From positions 155,486 to 219,485 of the forward strand of contig NW_005434669.1 of the NCBI RefSeq assembly GCF_000315625.1: a stretch of DNA of 64,000 nucleotides, given 5' to 3'. Under the pieces are notes generated by a model. The model was not told the origin of the DNA. It searched no databases and saw only the letters and a program-made list of their open reading frames with translations. This DNA is from Guillardia theta CCMP2712 (taxonomy: Eukaryota > Protista > Cryptophyta). Below are positions 37,201 to 50,900 of this stretch, one piece after another. The stretch's first letter is position 1. The number at the start of each line of letters is the position of its first letter. The translations under genes were made by a program, and so were the position numbers.

Positions 37201-39043
37201 GAGCGACCACCACGACGGTCCTCCCGTCCATGAGGTTGTCCAGCGCTCCCTGTACGAGCTTCTCGCTCTCCGAGTCCAGGGCCGACGTGGCCTCGTCCAG
37301 CAGGAGCACCTTGGGGTTGGAGATGATGGCGCGCGCAATCGCGATCCTCTGCTTCTGACCGCCGCTCAGCTGCGTCCCTCTCTCCCCGCACAGCGTGTCG
37401 TACTTGCCCGGAAGCCCGGAGATAAACATGTGAGCGTTGGACGCCACCGACGCCTTCTCGATCTCGTCCATGGAGGCGTCGGGCTTGCCGTACTTGATGT
37501 TCTCAGCGATCGACACCGCAAACAAGATCGGCTCCTGTGACACGATGCTCAGGTGCTCGCGCAGCCACTTGACGTTGAGCGTTCGCAGGTCTCTGCCGTC
37601 CAGCATGACCTGCCCCGCGTCCGGGTCGTAGAAGCGAAGCAGCAGCTGGATCACCGTGCTCTTGCCGCTCCCCGAGGCCCCGACCAGCGCCGCCGTCTGA
37701 CCCGCTGCGATGTTGAGGTCGAGGTTGGTGAAGATGGGAGCGTCCTGGCGGGCTGGGTAGGTGAAGGCGATGCCCTTGAGGCAGATGTCACCCTTGACAC
37801 TTGCTGGCTTCTCGCCTGACGGATCTTCGATGTCGATGGGGGGCTTGCGGTCGATGATGTCGAAGATTCTCTTAGCTGACGCCTGGCCCTTCATGAACGC
37901 CTGCACACAAGGCCCGACCTGACCGAGACTGAAGCCTCCCATCACGATGGAAAAGAAAACCAACATGATGTCCCCTGCTGAGTAGAGAAAACCAGTGCGG
38001 CTGTTGGTAACACCGTGCGCGATCAGCCAGCTGCCAAACCACAGTCCCAGGGCGTACGGAAATATTGTTGTGCTCATGACGATGCCCATTCCCAACGCAT
38101 TGGTACGAGCCTTCTTGATTCCCATGTCCAGCGCCTCGTCCAGGTTCGAGCAGTACCTCTGGTTCTCTCGTTGCTCTCCTCGCAGCGACGCTACAGTTCT
38201 GATCCCGGTGATGGCCTGCTCCGCAACAGCTCCTGCTCATACCGGCCAAGCCCGTCAGCACATCCCAACACTTTCCTCCTTCTCCTCCTCGTCATACCTG
38301 CAGAGCGATACGCCCGCTCTCCCTTAGTAGCAAGGTCTGCCAGGTTCTTTGCCATCCAAGCTCCAGCCCCGGCCAGCAGCGGCAAGCACGCGCATATAAC
38401 CTATCAAAAGCTCAGAGCACCGCCCAGACTGTCCCACCCCTCCCCTCCCCTCTTCTCCCAAGCTCACCAAAGCCATCTCCCACCCTTGCCAGAACCCAAG
38501 TGCGATTCCAATGACGAAAGTGGACAGGTTATGAACGAAGAGTACGGCCTTCTCGCCTATGGCCCCCTGCACGTTGGAGCAGTCGCGCTCGATCGACGTG
38601 GTGATCTCTCCAGTCTTCTGGGTGTCAAACCAAGCGATGTTCTGTCTCAAGATGGCCTTCACGTACTGCCTCCGCAGCCTTGATCCCTGGTTGGCTGCGG
38701 CCAAGAGCATGGCGCCGTTGGAGATGGAGCCGCATACGAGCAAGCCCAGGCTGATCCAAAGGAAAAACAGAGCAGTCTTGTTGACCTCACTAGCAGAGAG
38801 CGAGCTTGCTCCAAACCCTCCGTTGATGAGGTCCTTGAAGAACAGCGTGAAGGCAGGGAGAGCTGCGCCAGTTGCTACTGAGCCAATAAGGGAGATGAAT
38901 ATGAGGAAATCATCCAAAGCATCAGCATAGCGAAAGAGAGCAAAGAATGATGTTTTCTCCTGTTTGGCGAGATCTACCTCGTTGGAAGGAGATCGTCCAT
39001 TCTGGTCCTCAGAAGATGCAGGTTTGACCTTGTTTGACTGCAT
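34256..39043 (-). CDS. Full-length ABCB (MDR/P-glycoprotein) transporter, copy 1
   Basis: TMD-NBD-TMD-NBD layout; [42 protein letters not shown]; second NBD with GSSGSGKST split over short introns. Confidence 0.95.
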
Positions 39044-39599
39044 GTTGTTCAAAGATGAATTAGGATTTCCATTCAAATTGTCTCAAATTTTTTGAAATCT
39101 TAAATTAGAAGAGAGCGTGATATTCAGACGGCTGTGTCGCCGCGCAAGAACTTTTTCAACAAGATTGTGGCGTCGATCGCGTTCAAGAGCCTTTCTGGAC
39201 TTGTCTGAATGGTAATGGCGGAACACAAGGCAGGTTCTCACCCTGACGATGCCCTTGTCTGCAGCTTGTCTGTTCCAGATCAAACTGCGTCTTGTGATCT
39301 TTTCTTGACCCCTCATTCTTACAGACTTCTTGATGCCTAAACGATGGTAGGGGTGGTCATGGTGGGGGTAGGGGGGCGCATTTATTGAGTGTTAGTCGGT
39401 AGTACTAGAGACCACCTCCCGGAGTCAGGCCCGCCCCGCCAAGTTACGCCCGTGCATTCAGCAGTGCCCGCCGTCGCGGTCACCGTCAGTGCCGGCGGGC
39501 CCGGGGGCCCGGGGCCGTGTCAGTTAAGTAGCGCCGAGTTGACAGTTGACCAAACTCTCTTGTAAAGCAAAAGATGACTCTTACGTGTTGCAGACAGCG

Positions 39600-40200
39600 G
39601 CCATCATGTAGCGGCAGAGACGAAAGGGAAGGCCTCCCTAGCTGTCTGAATGAGGCTCCTCTCATGTCTGGACGCTTCTATCTCTCATGTGCTGCTCAAC
39701 CCTTGTTTCGTGTGCATTAAACACGGTCTTGAGCAAAAACTGTCTCAATCGTTGCCAGCTGAGGTCGACTGGTGTCTGCATCACTTTGGCATAGTACAAG
39801 TCTAACAAACTCGTACTCCGGCAGGCCTCCGGACCGACGACTTCTATCAGATTTACTAAGACATTCTTGAGAAGTTTCCTCGCAGCCCTAGCCCAGCTGG
39901 CCTCAGTCTAGTTTGCCACACTCTCCATCCTTTTCTCATGCGAGTTGCGGATAAACACACGCGCTGCACCTTCCTGCTCTACGCTGACAATGTCACTGTT
40001 GTGGAGCGACTCTCTGATGCCAGCGCTGCGATCAAAGACCTTATTGACACCATCCGTGATGACCTGGGATTAGACATTCAGCCTCGGGACCCTGCTTGAT
40101 CGTGGAGTGCCGCAATATATGGACCTCAGTGACCTCAATGACGCACGCTTGCACAATTCGATCTAACTCCAGCGCTCTTTCAACTCGCGGTGGACCTCCT
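39600..40200 (+). mobile_element. Degenerate non-LTR retrotransposon reverse-transcriptase fragment
   Basis: Frame from 39899 reads GLSLVCHTLHPFLMRVADKHTRCTFLLYADNVTVV...DDLGLDIQP, with a YADD-like motif and a GLxxxP motif. Upstream sequence is frameshifted (LLNPCFVCI, KNCLN). Confidence 0.65.
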
Positions 40201-40583
40201 TTTCTCCCCCCCCCCCCCGGGGTTCAGTCACAGAACGTTTGATGCAGACTTTTCCCCCTCATCTTGAGCGGCGGGCGCACTTATCCCAGGTTCAGGCAGC
40301 TCTTCTCCGGGCTCATGGCAGCTACATTCTTTTCGCCAACCCACGTCCCTCAGCATGGCAGCCCCGTCGGCCTTTCTGCGCTCTCCAGCCCCGCCCAACA
40401 GAAGATTTCGGATCATCGCGCCAGTTTTTCGGCGGTTGATGCCACCCATCAGCCGCCGAAAGCCTTTCTTCCCTTCACCGCAGGTACGGATGGTCCTCTT
40501 CATGCTGACGCTTTGCGGTCGAGCTCGCATTGGTCTTGCCGTCCTCCTCGCAGGAGCCTTGCGCTAGTGCTCTTTGTCCTGAT

Positions 40584-40729
40584 CCTTGTTCCCGTGCTTG
40601 TTCCCGTGCTTGTTCCTCTGCTTGTTCCCCTGCTTGTTCCCGTGCTTGTTCCCGTGCTTGTTCCTCTGCTTGTTCCCCTGCTTGTTCCCGTGCTTGTTCC
40701 CCTGCTTGTTCCCGTGCTTGTTCCCCTGC
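40584..40729. repeat. 12-bp tandem repeat CTTGTTCC(CG/CC/TC)TG, about 12 copies
   Basis: Directly visible. Confidence 0.95.
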
Positions 40730-41167
40730 TTTGGTCGCTTGCATGGTTGGAGCGGGGCGGTTTTCGCTGCCCTCTCCTTTTCCTAATTGTCTCATGAGGC
40801 GGGTTTGTTGGTGTTCTTCCAATTTTAACTCAATCTTCCGTCAAAAAAAGCTCCTGGTACGACCTATGTGAAAGTCACGTCCCCCCTGCAGTGTCCCTGA
40901 AAAACTCTTGTTCTCCAAGGCACGGCACAGCATCAGCTGCGATGCCATGCCAAGGCATGCCTTGCAACAAGTGCATCCATCTGCCAATGGTGTCGATGTA
41001 CCCATGGTTGTAGACCACAGTTTGTGGTAGCTCAATCCTTTGAGTAGCAGTGTCCTCATGTAGATTCCAAAGACGTTGAATTCCTAAAGTGTGTTTTGTT
41101 GTACTCGCCCTCATCTTGTGCCTGGCAGGTACCGGTGCTGACTCTGGGTCTCTCGACACTAGACACA

Positions 41168-44100
41168 ATGTCTGCACTGCCGGTTCAGGTATCAAACGAG
41201 GCCTCAGAGGGCACTGCAATGTCTTTGCCAGAAGTAGACAAATGCCCAGTTGTCCTCGCAGGGAGTGATCGCCCGCAACCCGATGAGGCGAAGAAAGACG
41301 ACGATCTCGGCGAGAAAGCTTCCTTCTTTGCTCTCTTTCGCTATGCTGATGCGTTTGACTGCATCCTCATCCTCATTTCGTTCGTCTGCTCCCTCGCAAC
41401 CGGCGCAGCTCTCCCTGCCTTCACGCTGTTCTTCAAGGACCTCATCAACGGAGGGTTTGAATCCGGCTCGCTCTCTGCCAGTAAGGTCAACGAGAAGGCA
41501 CTTTTGTTTCTCTGGATCAGCCTGGGCTTGCTCGTATGCGGCTCCATCTCCAACGGCGCCATGCTCTTGGCCGCAGCCAACCAGGGATCAAGGCTGCGGA
41601 GGCAGTACGTGAAGGCCATCTTGAGACAGAACGTCGCTTGGTTTGACACCCAGAAGACTGGAGAGATCACCACGTCGATCGAGCGCGACTGCTCCAACGT
41701 GCAGGGGGCCATAGGCGAGAAGGCCGTACTCTTCGTTCATAACCTGTCCACTTTCGTGTTCGGCATCGCGCTTGGGTTCTGGCAAGGGTGGGAGATGGCT
41801 TTGGTGAGCTTGGGAAGAAGAGGGGAGGGGAGGGGCAGGGCTCTGACATAGCATGCACAGGTGCTCTGTGCGTGCTTGCCGCTGCTGGCCGGGGCTGGAG
41901 CTTGGATGGCAAAGAGCCTGGCAGACCTTGCTACTAAGGGAGAGCAGGCGTATCGCTCTGCAGGTATGACGAGGAGGAGAAGGAGGAAAGTGTTGGGATG
42001 TGCTGACGGGCTTGGCCGGTATGAGCAGGAGCTGTTGCGGAGCAGGCCATCACCGGGATCAGAACTGTAGCGTCGCTGCGAGGAGAGCAACGAGAGAACC
42101 AGAGGTACTGCTCGAACCTGGACGAGGCGCTGGACATGGGAATCAAGAAGGCTCGTACCAATGCGTTGGGAATGGGATCTGTGATGGGTAGCTTCATGGG
42201 CACTTATGCGCTTGGACTGTGGTTTGGCAGCTGGCTGATCGTGCATGGCGTTACCAACAGCCGCACTGGTGTTCTCTACTCAGCAGGAGACGTGATTCTA
42301 GTCTTCTTCTCTGTGGTGATGGGAGGCTTTAGTCTCGGTCAGGTCGGGCCTTGTGTGCAGGCGTTCATGAAGGGCCAGGCGTCAGCTAAGAGAATCTTCG
42401 ACATCATCGACCGCAAGCCCCCCATCGACATCGAAGATCCGTCAGGCGAGAAGCCAGCAAGTGTCAAGGGTGACATCTGCCTCAAGGGCATCGCCTTCAC
42501 CTACCCAGCCCGCCAGGACGCTCCCATCTTCACCAACCTCGACCTCAACATCGCAGCGGGTCAGACGGCGGCGCTGGTCGGGGCCTCGGGGAGCGGCAAG
42601 AGCACGGTGATCCAGCTGCTGCTTCGCTTCTACGACCCGGACGCGGGGCAGGTCATGCTGGACGGCAGAGACCTGCGAACGCTCAACGTCAAGTGGCTGC
42701 GCGAGCACCTGAGCATCGTGTCACAGGAGCCGATCTTGTTTGCGGTGTCGATCGCTGAGAACATCAAGTACGGCAAGCCCGACGCCTCCATGGACGAGAT
42801 CGAGAAGGCGTCGGTGGCGTCCAACGCTCACATGTTTATCTCCGGGCTTCCGGGCAAGTACGACACGCTGTGCGGGGAGAGAGGGACGCAGCTGAGCGGC
42901 GGTCAGAAGCAGAGGATCGCGATTGCGCGCGCCATCATCTCCAACCCCAAGGTGCTCCTGCTGGACGAGGCCACGTCGGCCCTGGACTCGGAGAGCGAGA
43001 AGCTCGTACAGGGAGCGCTGGACAACCTCATGGACGGGAGGACCGTCGTGGTGGTCGCTCACCGCCTGTCGACCATCCGCAACGCAGACAAGATCTGTGT
43101 CTTCCAGACGGGCACCATCGTCGAGGAGGGGACGCATGAGGAGCTGTACGCGAAGCAGGACGGCTTCTACCGGGAGCTTGTCTCGAAGCAGATGATGGCG
43201 GGAGAGGCGGCGGTAGGAGGGACTCCAGCCACAACAGAGGAGAAGCCAACCCAGGCAAGTCAGCCTGTGCAGGACACAGTGTCAGCGACCAAGTCTACGA
43301 CAGATGTGGTGCTCAAGGAGGTAAGCGAGGAGGAGAAGAAAGCCGAGAAAGGCTACCTGAGCCGAGCGTTCAAGCTGAACAGCCCGGAGTTCTTCCCTTG
43401 GGCCTTGACAGGGTCGATCGGGGCTTGCTTGAACGGAGCTTTGTTTCCTGTGCTTGCGCTGCTGCTCACGGAGATGCTCGCTGGGTACAGCATGTGCCTT
43501 GAAAAAGAAAACGTGGACCCTTTCAACCCCGGCAAGAAGGTTGTGTTCTCAATTTTCATGGACGATACGAGCTGCGACACCTCCTGCGTCTATCGCAACG
43601 GCCAGTGGATAGGCACCTGTACCGCTCTCAACAACACCAGGATGTGGTGCTACCAAGTACCTAACGTGGATCCAGTCTTCTTCTATCGGTTCTACAGCGA
43701 GCCGAGCGTGTGCTTCAACCTGATGGAGACTAAGATCGTCAAGTACTGCTATGGCTTCGTCGGGTTGGCCGTTGCTGCTTTCGTTGCCAACTTCCTGCAG
43801 CTCTTCTCCTTCGGGATCATGGGCGAGCATCTCACGCAGCGGCTGAGGAAGCTGTGTTTCGCCTCCGTGCTGCGGCAGGACGTTGGCTTCTTCGACTACA
43901 CGGAGAACGCGAGCGGAAGCCTGACGACCAAGCTTGCCAAGGACGCTTCCTTGGTAGAGAACGCGGTCGGAACCACTATCGGCCTCATGATCCAGAACAT
44001 CGTTGTCATGGCGATCTCTTTGACGATCGCGTTCATTCGAGGCTGGATGCTGACGCTGATCTGCTTCTCGACGTTCCCGCTGATGGTGATTGCGGATATG

Positions 44101-46054
44101 CTGCAAATGCAATTTATCGCGGGATCTGGCGGAGACTTGTCGAAAGCTTATGAGGTGCCTGTTGTCATTTGTGTTGCTCTTCGATCATGTCATGGATTGA
44201 TCAGCACTCGTGTCAGCTATGTACAGATGTTTTCACTGATGTTGCTGTTGTTCTTCCAGAAAGCCACAGCTATTGCCAGCGAGGCAGTTGCTGGGTTGCG
44301 AACTGTCGCCGCGTTCTCAGCAGAGGAGAAGGTGGAGGACCTCTACCATTCCGCGCTAGAGTAAGACTTGCTGTTGCATCTAGCGGGTTGATGACTCTGG
44401 CTAGCTCCGATACGGGCGGTCAACGCAAGACTGCCTTGGCTGCAGGAGTAGGTCAAGGGTTCTCGCTGTTCACAATGTTCTTCCTATATTACTGCGGTTT
44501 TGCGGGAGGGGCTTACCTCATGGATCATCATGGTTACACCTTCAAGGATGTGCTGCAGGTACGTGTGCATGCGCGGGTCTCCTTGCTTTCTCTGACTGGC
44601 GCGTGATCAGGTGTTCTTCTCCGTCACCTTCATGGGCATGGCGGCTGGCATGGCAGGGTCCCTCGCTCCGGACATTGCCAAAGGCAAGCCAGCGCTCATT
44701 GCTATCTTCAAGCTGATTGATCGGGTACGCGCGCCACTCCTACCGAACCATGCACGTGTGAAGGGTGCTGAATGCGTCGGCAGGTACCCAAGATTGACAT
44801 TCAAGACGAGGGCGGAGAGAGGCCTGCCTCTGTGAAGGGCGACATTGAGCTGAGGAACGTTCATTTCGCGTACCCTGCTCGACCCGAAGCTCAAATCTTC
44901 AGCGGCCTCAACTTGAGTGAGTCGTGCTCCTCTTGTTCCGGCGACCGGTGACTCTGGACAGCCATCAACGCCGGTCAGACAGTGGCACTTGTCGGCAGCT
45001 CGGGCAGTGGCAAGAGCACGATTATCTCCCTGATCGAGCGTTTCTACGAACCAGACCAGGGGCAGGTACCCGGTGGTGTTGACGATGCAGCGATGGTGAC
45101 GTCAGGTCAGGTGCTGCTGGATGGCAAGGACATCAAGACGCTCAACTTGAGTTGGCTGCGCTCTCACCTGGGGCTTGTCAGCCAAGAGCCGGTATGCCTG
45201 GCTGCCCATGTCGGCGAGCTCGGTGACGTGTGAGGGACGCAGGTGCTGTTCGCTACCTCCATCTACGAGAACATCCTCTATGGAAGGTCTTGCTGCCTGT
45301 GCTCGGTGTCATGCGATCTCACTCTAGCGCTGCCAGGGAGGATGCTCGCAAGGAAGAAGTTTATGAAGCCGCCAAGCGCGCCAACGCGTACGACTTCATC
45401 ATGAACCTGCCCGGCAACTTCGAGACGGAGAGCGGAGAGCGAGGAACTCAGCTCAGCGGCGGACAGAAGCAGGTCAGGGAGGCGATGGGGGAGACGTGGG
45501 AGTCTGACTGGTCTCGCAGAGGATCGCGATTGCAAGGGCCATGGTCTCGAACCCGAACATCCTGCTGCTGGATGAGGTGATTGCCGCTGGGCTGCTGGTG
45601 GGTGCTGACGATAGGCCTCAGGCTACTTCCGCGCTTGACTCTCAGAGCGAGAAGATCGTTCAGAAGGCGCTGGAAAACCTCATGGTACTCGCGAGGGAGG
45701 AGGGAGCCTCATGTAACAGATGTCCAGGTTGGGAGAACGGTCGTCGTCGTAGCGCATCGCCTTTCCACCATCCAGGTAGAGCAGAGACGGCACTCGGGAG
45801 TAGAGACCTGGACCTGACGCGTCTTGACAGAACGCGGACAACATCATGGTGTTCAGCAAGGGGAGTGTGATGGAGCAGGTGGGAGGGAGTGGAGGGACAC
45901 GGGAGGGAGTGACTGGCTCTTCAGGGACGACATTCGGAGCTCATCAAGAATCCTGCTGGGCCTTATTCCAAGTTGATTGCGCATCAGGTGGAACGGAGAG
46001 CATGACGCTCTGCGGGCGCTGCTGACATACGTGACCATGCAGATGCAAGCTTGA
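41168..46054 (+). CDS. Full-length ABCB transporter, copy 2 (chimera of copy-3-like 5' part and copy-1-like 3' part)
   Basis: Same motifs as copy 1; ORF 42136-44364; terminal exon ATGCAAGCTTGA at 46043-46054. Confidence 0.93.
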
Positions 46055-46234
46055 TAGTAGACATGCTCGACATCCGAGACAGATCTCGGGTCTTCGCCTT
46101 GTCGTTGGAGCTTTTGGGACTGCGTCCACTTTTTTAAGAAATATAGATACTTTCACCTTTGAGACATCGTCTGTTACAATAAAAGCTGTTTGCAAGCACA
46201 ATCAATTTTGAATAGACTGAGAGAGTCTTACCAT

Positions 46235-46662
46235 GCGTTTGAAAAAGTAAACGCTTTTAAAAAAGAAGTCAAACCTCTTCAAAGATCCTTCTTACACGCC
46301 TACCTCCGTCTCTCCATGCCGCGTCTGCCATAGCGACATTGTTACGATGCCGACGGCGGGTGAGGTCGGGATGATGTTCACATCTACTCTCCCAGCACTC
46401 GCAAGACCTCGCCCCTCCAGTTTCAGACTCGAATGATCAGACAACAGAACAGCTGAAAACTTATCACACGGTAACTGGAAGAGTGCTGGTGAACACAGCG
46501 CCAGCCCGACGCTTTCAATAGCAGCCTTTGTTACAAGATGGGCTATCTCCTCCACCTCCTCTTCCTCCTCCACAGATCAGATGGAGAACCTGGTGGCGAA
46601 ACTGGTATTGACATGTCAAGCTCTTCGTTGCCCACTCGTCTTGACAGCTGCATGCGGCTGAA
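46235..46662 (+). pseudogene. Deleted remnant of a duplicate of the 29.4-33.9 kb coiled-coil gene and its upstream flank
   Basis: 46235-46431 is approximately the reverse complement of 33784-34013 (with a gap); 46574-46662 is approximately the reverse complement of 32325-32404. Confidence 0.8.
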
Positions 46663-47951
46663 GCGCGTTCGGTGGGCCCCCTCCTCCTGAAGATGTTCTT
46701 GAGGCGGGTTGCTTTCATGAAGCAGGGGGGACGTGAACACAAAGTAATCGTCCGGCACAGTCACGTCCCCACAGACAGAGTGTAAAATCATGACCACCCC
46801 TCCTTCAGACGGACTTTTATGGGCCTGAAACTACCTTTAGTCAACTCATCTTTTAAGGGGGGTACTTTAGGCAGGAAAGGGGGGTTACTGTTCGGAATGT
46901 AACGTGACATCTGGTCATGACTTGTAGAATGTTCGTAGTCTACCATAGTACAGTGCAGGTACCTTTCTGGTAAAAAGTACCGGTACTTCAGTGGTCTTTC
47001 CGGTTCTCCGGTTAGATATAAAGATACATCACCCACCCAACCCTTCGTAGAAAATCTTTCTACCCCTACCCCCTGTTTCCCAACACCCGAGTTTTCTATA
47101 CCCCCTTGAAGTTTGAACTTGAATGCCCTTCAAGGGAGCTGAACTAGGCTCTCTCATTTACTATATTTTGTGATATGAAATAATGTGATACTTCGATGCC
47201 CTTGAATTCAACACCACACACCCACATCAAGACTACCCCCGGGTCTCCATACACTCCCACCCACAGTTGTTCGTCCTACTAATGACCTTGGCGGTCGGGA
47301 CCACCTCTGATTCAACCATTTTACATGGTTTTGGCTGCTCCAATTGGCAAATTTGGTCAATATTTCTAAACTATTCCGGTTTATCTCTAAATTTTTGAGA
47401 TCAATTTTCACTGTTGTAAGACAACATTTCAAATTACTGCTAAGGCTCAACCCGCCAACTAGCATTAGGCACGATCTTCACATGCATAGCGCGGCATTGT
47501 TGTACGCTGCGATGCCATTTGAAGGCGCTGTTTGCCTCATTGCATATTGAATCGGCACTCATAGAACCTTACTTACTCGCATTGACTTGAATGCGTCCTT
47601 TTTGCTAACTCACCTTCAGTTTGGCGTGATGCTATATGGATTGTGTAGAATTTTTCTTATGGCTCGTTTACAAGAGTATCTATTTCTTCCAGACATGTAT
47701 CTATTTCTTCCAGACATGCGCATTTGCACAATGTGTGCTCTGTTCCTTCATACACGTGCATCTATCTGCCAATGGTGTCGATGTACCCATGGTTGTAGAC
47801 CATAGTTTGTGGTAGCTCAATCCTTTCAGAACATTCTTTCTATTTCATTGCCAAACAAATTCATTTCGTCAAGTGTGTGTTGTTGTACTCGCCCTCATCT
47901 TGTGCCTGGCAGGTACTGGTGCTCACTCTAGGTCTCTTGAGACTAGACACA

Positions 47952-50900
47952 ATGTCTGCACTGCCTGAGCAGATATCAAACGAGGCCTCAGAGATCAAAG
48001 GGGACGTTGTCCTCAAGAACTTGGCATCGGGCAGTGCTGTGACATTGCCAGACGAAGACAAATGCCCAGTTGTCCTCGCAGGGAGTGATCGCCCGCAACC
48101 CGATGAGGCGAAGAAAGACGACGATCTCGGCGAGAAAGCTTCCTTCTTTGCTCTCTTTCGCTATGCTGATGCGTTTGACTGCATCCTCATCCTCATTTCG
48201 TTCGTCTGCTCCCTCGCAACCGGTGCAGCTCTCCCTGCCTTCACGCTGTTCTTCAAGGACCTCATCAACGGAGGGTTTGAATCCGGCTCGCTCTCTGCCA
48301 GTAAGGTCAACGAGAAGGCACTTTTGTTTCTCTGGATCAGCCTGGGCTTGCTCGTATGCGGCTCCATCTCCAACGGTGCCATGCTCTTGGCCGCAGCTAA
48401 CCAGGGATCAAGGCTGCGGAGGCAGTACGTGAAGGCCATCTTGAGACAGAATATCGCTTGGTTTGACACCCAGAAGACTGGAGAGATCACCACGTCGATT
48501 GAGCGCGACTGCTCCAACGTGCAGGGGGCCATAGGCGAGAAGGCCGTACTCTTCGTTCATAACCTGTCCACTTTCGTGTTCGGCATAGCGCTTGGGTTCT
48601 GGCAAGGGTGGCAGATGGCTTTGGTGAGCTTGGGAGGAGAGGGGAGGGGAGGGGCAGGGCTCTGACATAGCTTGCACAGGTGCTTTGTGCGTGCTTGCCG
48701 CTGCTGGCCGGGGCTGGAGCTTGGATGGCAAAGAACCTGGCAGACCTTGCTACTAAGGGAGAGCGGGCGTATCGCTCTGCAGGTATGACGAGGAGGAGAA
48801 GGAGGAAAGTGTTGGGATGCGCTGACGGGCTTGGCCGGTATGACCAGGAGCTGTTGCGGAGCAGGCCATCACTGGGATCAGAACTGTAGCGTCGCTGCGA
48901 GGAGAGCAACGAGAGAACCAGAGGTACTGCTCGAACCTGGACGAGGCGCTGGAAATGGGAATCAAGAAGGCTCGTACCAACGGACTGGGAATGGGATCTG
49001 TGATGGGTAGCTTCATGGGCACTTATGCGCTTGGACTGTGGTTTGGCAGCTGGCTGATCGTGCATGGCGTTACCAACAGCCGCACTGGTGTTCTCTACTC
49101 AGCAGGAGACGTGATTCTAGTCTTCTTCTCTGTGGTGATGGGAGGCTTTAGTCTCGGTCAGGTCGGGCCTTGTGTGCAGGCGTTCATGAAGGGCCAGGCG
49201 TCAGCTAAGAGAATCTTCGACATCATCGACCGCAAGCCCCCCATCGACATCGAAGATCCGTCAGGCGAGAAGCCAGCAAGTGTCAAGGGTGACATCTGCC
49301 TCAAGGGCATCGCCTTCACCTACCCAGCCCGCCAGGACGCTCCCATCTTCACCAACCTCGACCTCAACATCGCAGCGGGTCAGACGGCGGCGCTGGTCGG
49401 GGCCTCGGGGAGCGGCAAGAGCACGGTGATCCAGCTGCTGCTTCGCTTCTACGACCCGGACGCGGGGCAGGTCATGCTGGACGGCAGAGACCTGCGAACG
49501 CTCAACGTCAAGTGGCTGCGCGAGCACCTGAGCATCGTGTCACAGGAGCCGATCTTGTTTGCGGTGTCGATCGCTGAGAACATCAAGTACGGCAAGCCCG
49601 ACGCCTCCATGGACGAGATCGAGAAGGCGTCGGTGGCGTCCAACGCTCACATGTTTATCTCCGGGCTTCCGGGCAAGTACGACACGCTGTGCGGGGAGAG
49701 AGGGACGCAGCTGAGCGGCGGTCAGAAGCAGAGGATCGCGATTGCGCGCGCCATCATCTCCAACCCCAAGGTGCTCCTGCTGGACGAGGCCACGTCGGCC
49801 CTGGACTCGGAGAGCGAGAAGCTCGTACAGGGAGCGCTGGACAACCTCATGGACGGGAGGACCGTCGTGGTGGTCGCTCACCGCCTGTCGACCATCCGCA
49901 ACGCAGACAAGATCTGTGTCTTCCAGACGGGCACCATCGTCGAGGAGGGGACGCATGAGGAGCTGTACGCGAAGCAGGACGGCTTCTACCGGGAGCTTGT
50001 CTCGAAGCAGATGATGGCGGGAGAGGCGGCGGTAGGAGGGACTCCAGCCACAACAGAGGAGAAGCCAACCCAGGCAAGTCAGCCTGTGCAGGACACAGTG
50101 TCAGCGACCAAGTCTACGACAGATGTGGTGCTCAAGGAGGTAAGCGAGGAGGAGAAGAAAGCCGAGAAAGGCTACCTGAGCCGAGCGTTCAAGCTGAACA
50201 GCCCGGAGTTCTTCCCTTGGGCCTTGACAGGGTCGATCGGGGCTTGCTTGAACGGAGCTTTGTTTCCTGTGCTTGCGCTGCTGCTCACGGAGATGCTCGC
50301 TGGGTACAGCATGTGCCTTGAAAAAGAAAACGTGGACCCTTTCAACCCCGGCAAGAAGGTTGTGTTCTCAATATTCATGGACGAGACGAGCTGCGACACC
50401 TCCTGCGTCTATCGCAACGGCCAGTGGATAGGCGCCTGTACCGCTCTCAACAACACCAGGATGTGGTGCTATGAAGTGAGCTACCCTCTCCCCTCTTCTA
50501 CTATCGGTTCTACAGCGAGCCGAGCGTGTGCTTCAACCTGATGGAGACTAAGATCGTCAAGTACTGCTATGGCTTCGTCGGGTTGGCCGTTGCTGCTTTC
50601 GTTGCCAACTTCCTGCAGCTCTTCTCCTTCGGGATCATGGGCGAGCATCTCACGCAGCGGCTGAGGAAGCTGAGCTTTGCCTCCGTGCTGCGGCAGGACG
50701 TTGGCTTCTTCGACTACACGGAGAACGCGAGCGGAAGCCTGACGACCAAGCTTGCCAAGGACGCTTCCTTGGTAGAGAACGCGGTCGGAACCACTATCGG
50801 CCTCATGATCCAGAACATCGTTGTCATGGCGATCTCTTTGACGATCGCGTTCATTCGAGGCTGGATGCTGACGCTGATCTGCTTCTCGACGTTCCCGCTG

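Noticed and set aside
40264-40871. Repetitive LVPV, CSRA and EQAR ORFs
   Set aside because: 12-bp tandem repeat that is open in several frames with no domain evidence.
47678-47719. 21-bp tandem duplication TATCTATTTCTTCCAGACATG x2
   Set aside because: Ordinary slippage duplication in intergenic DNA.
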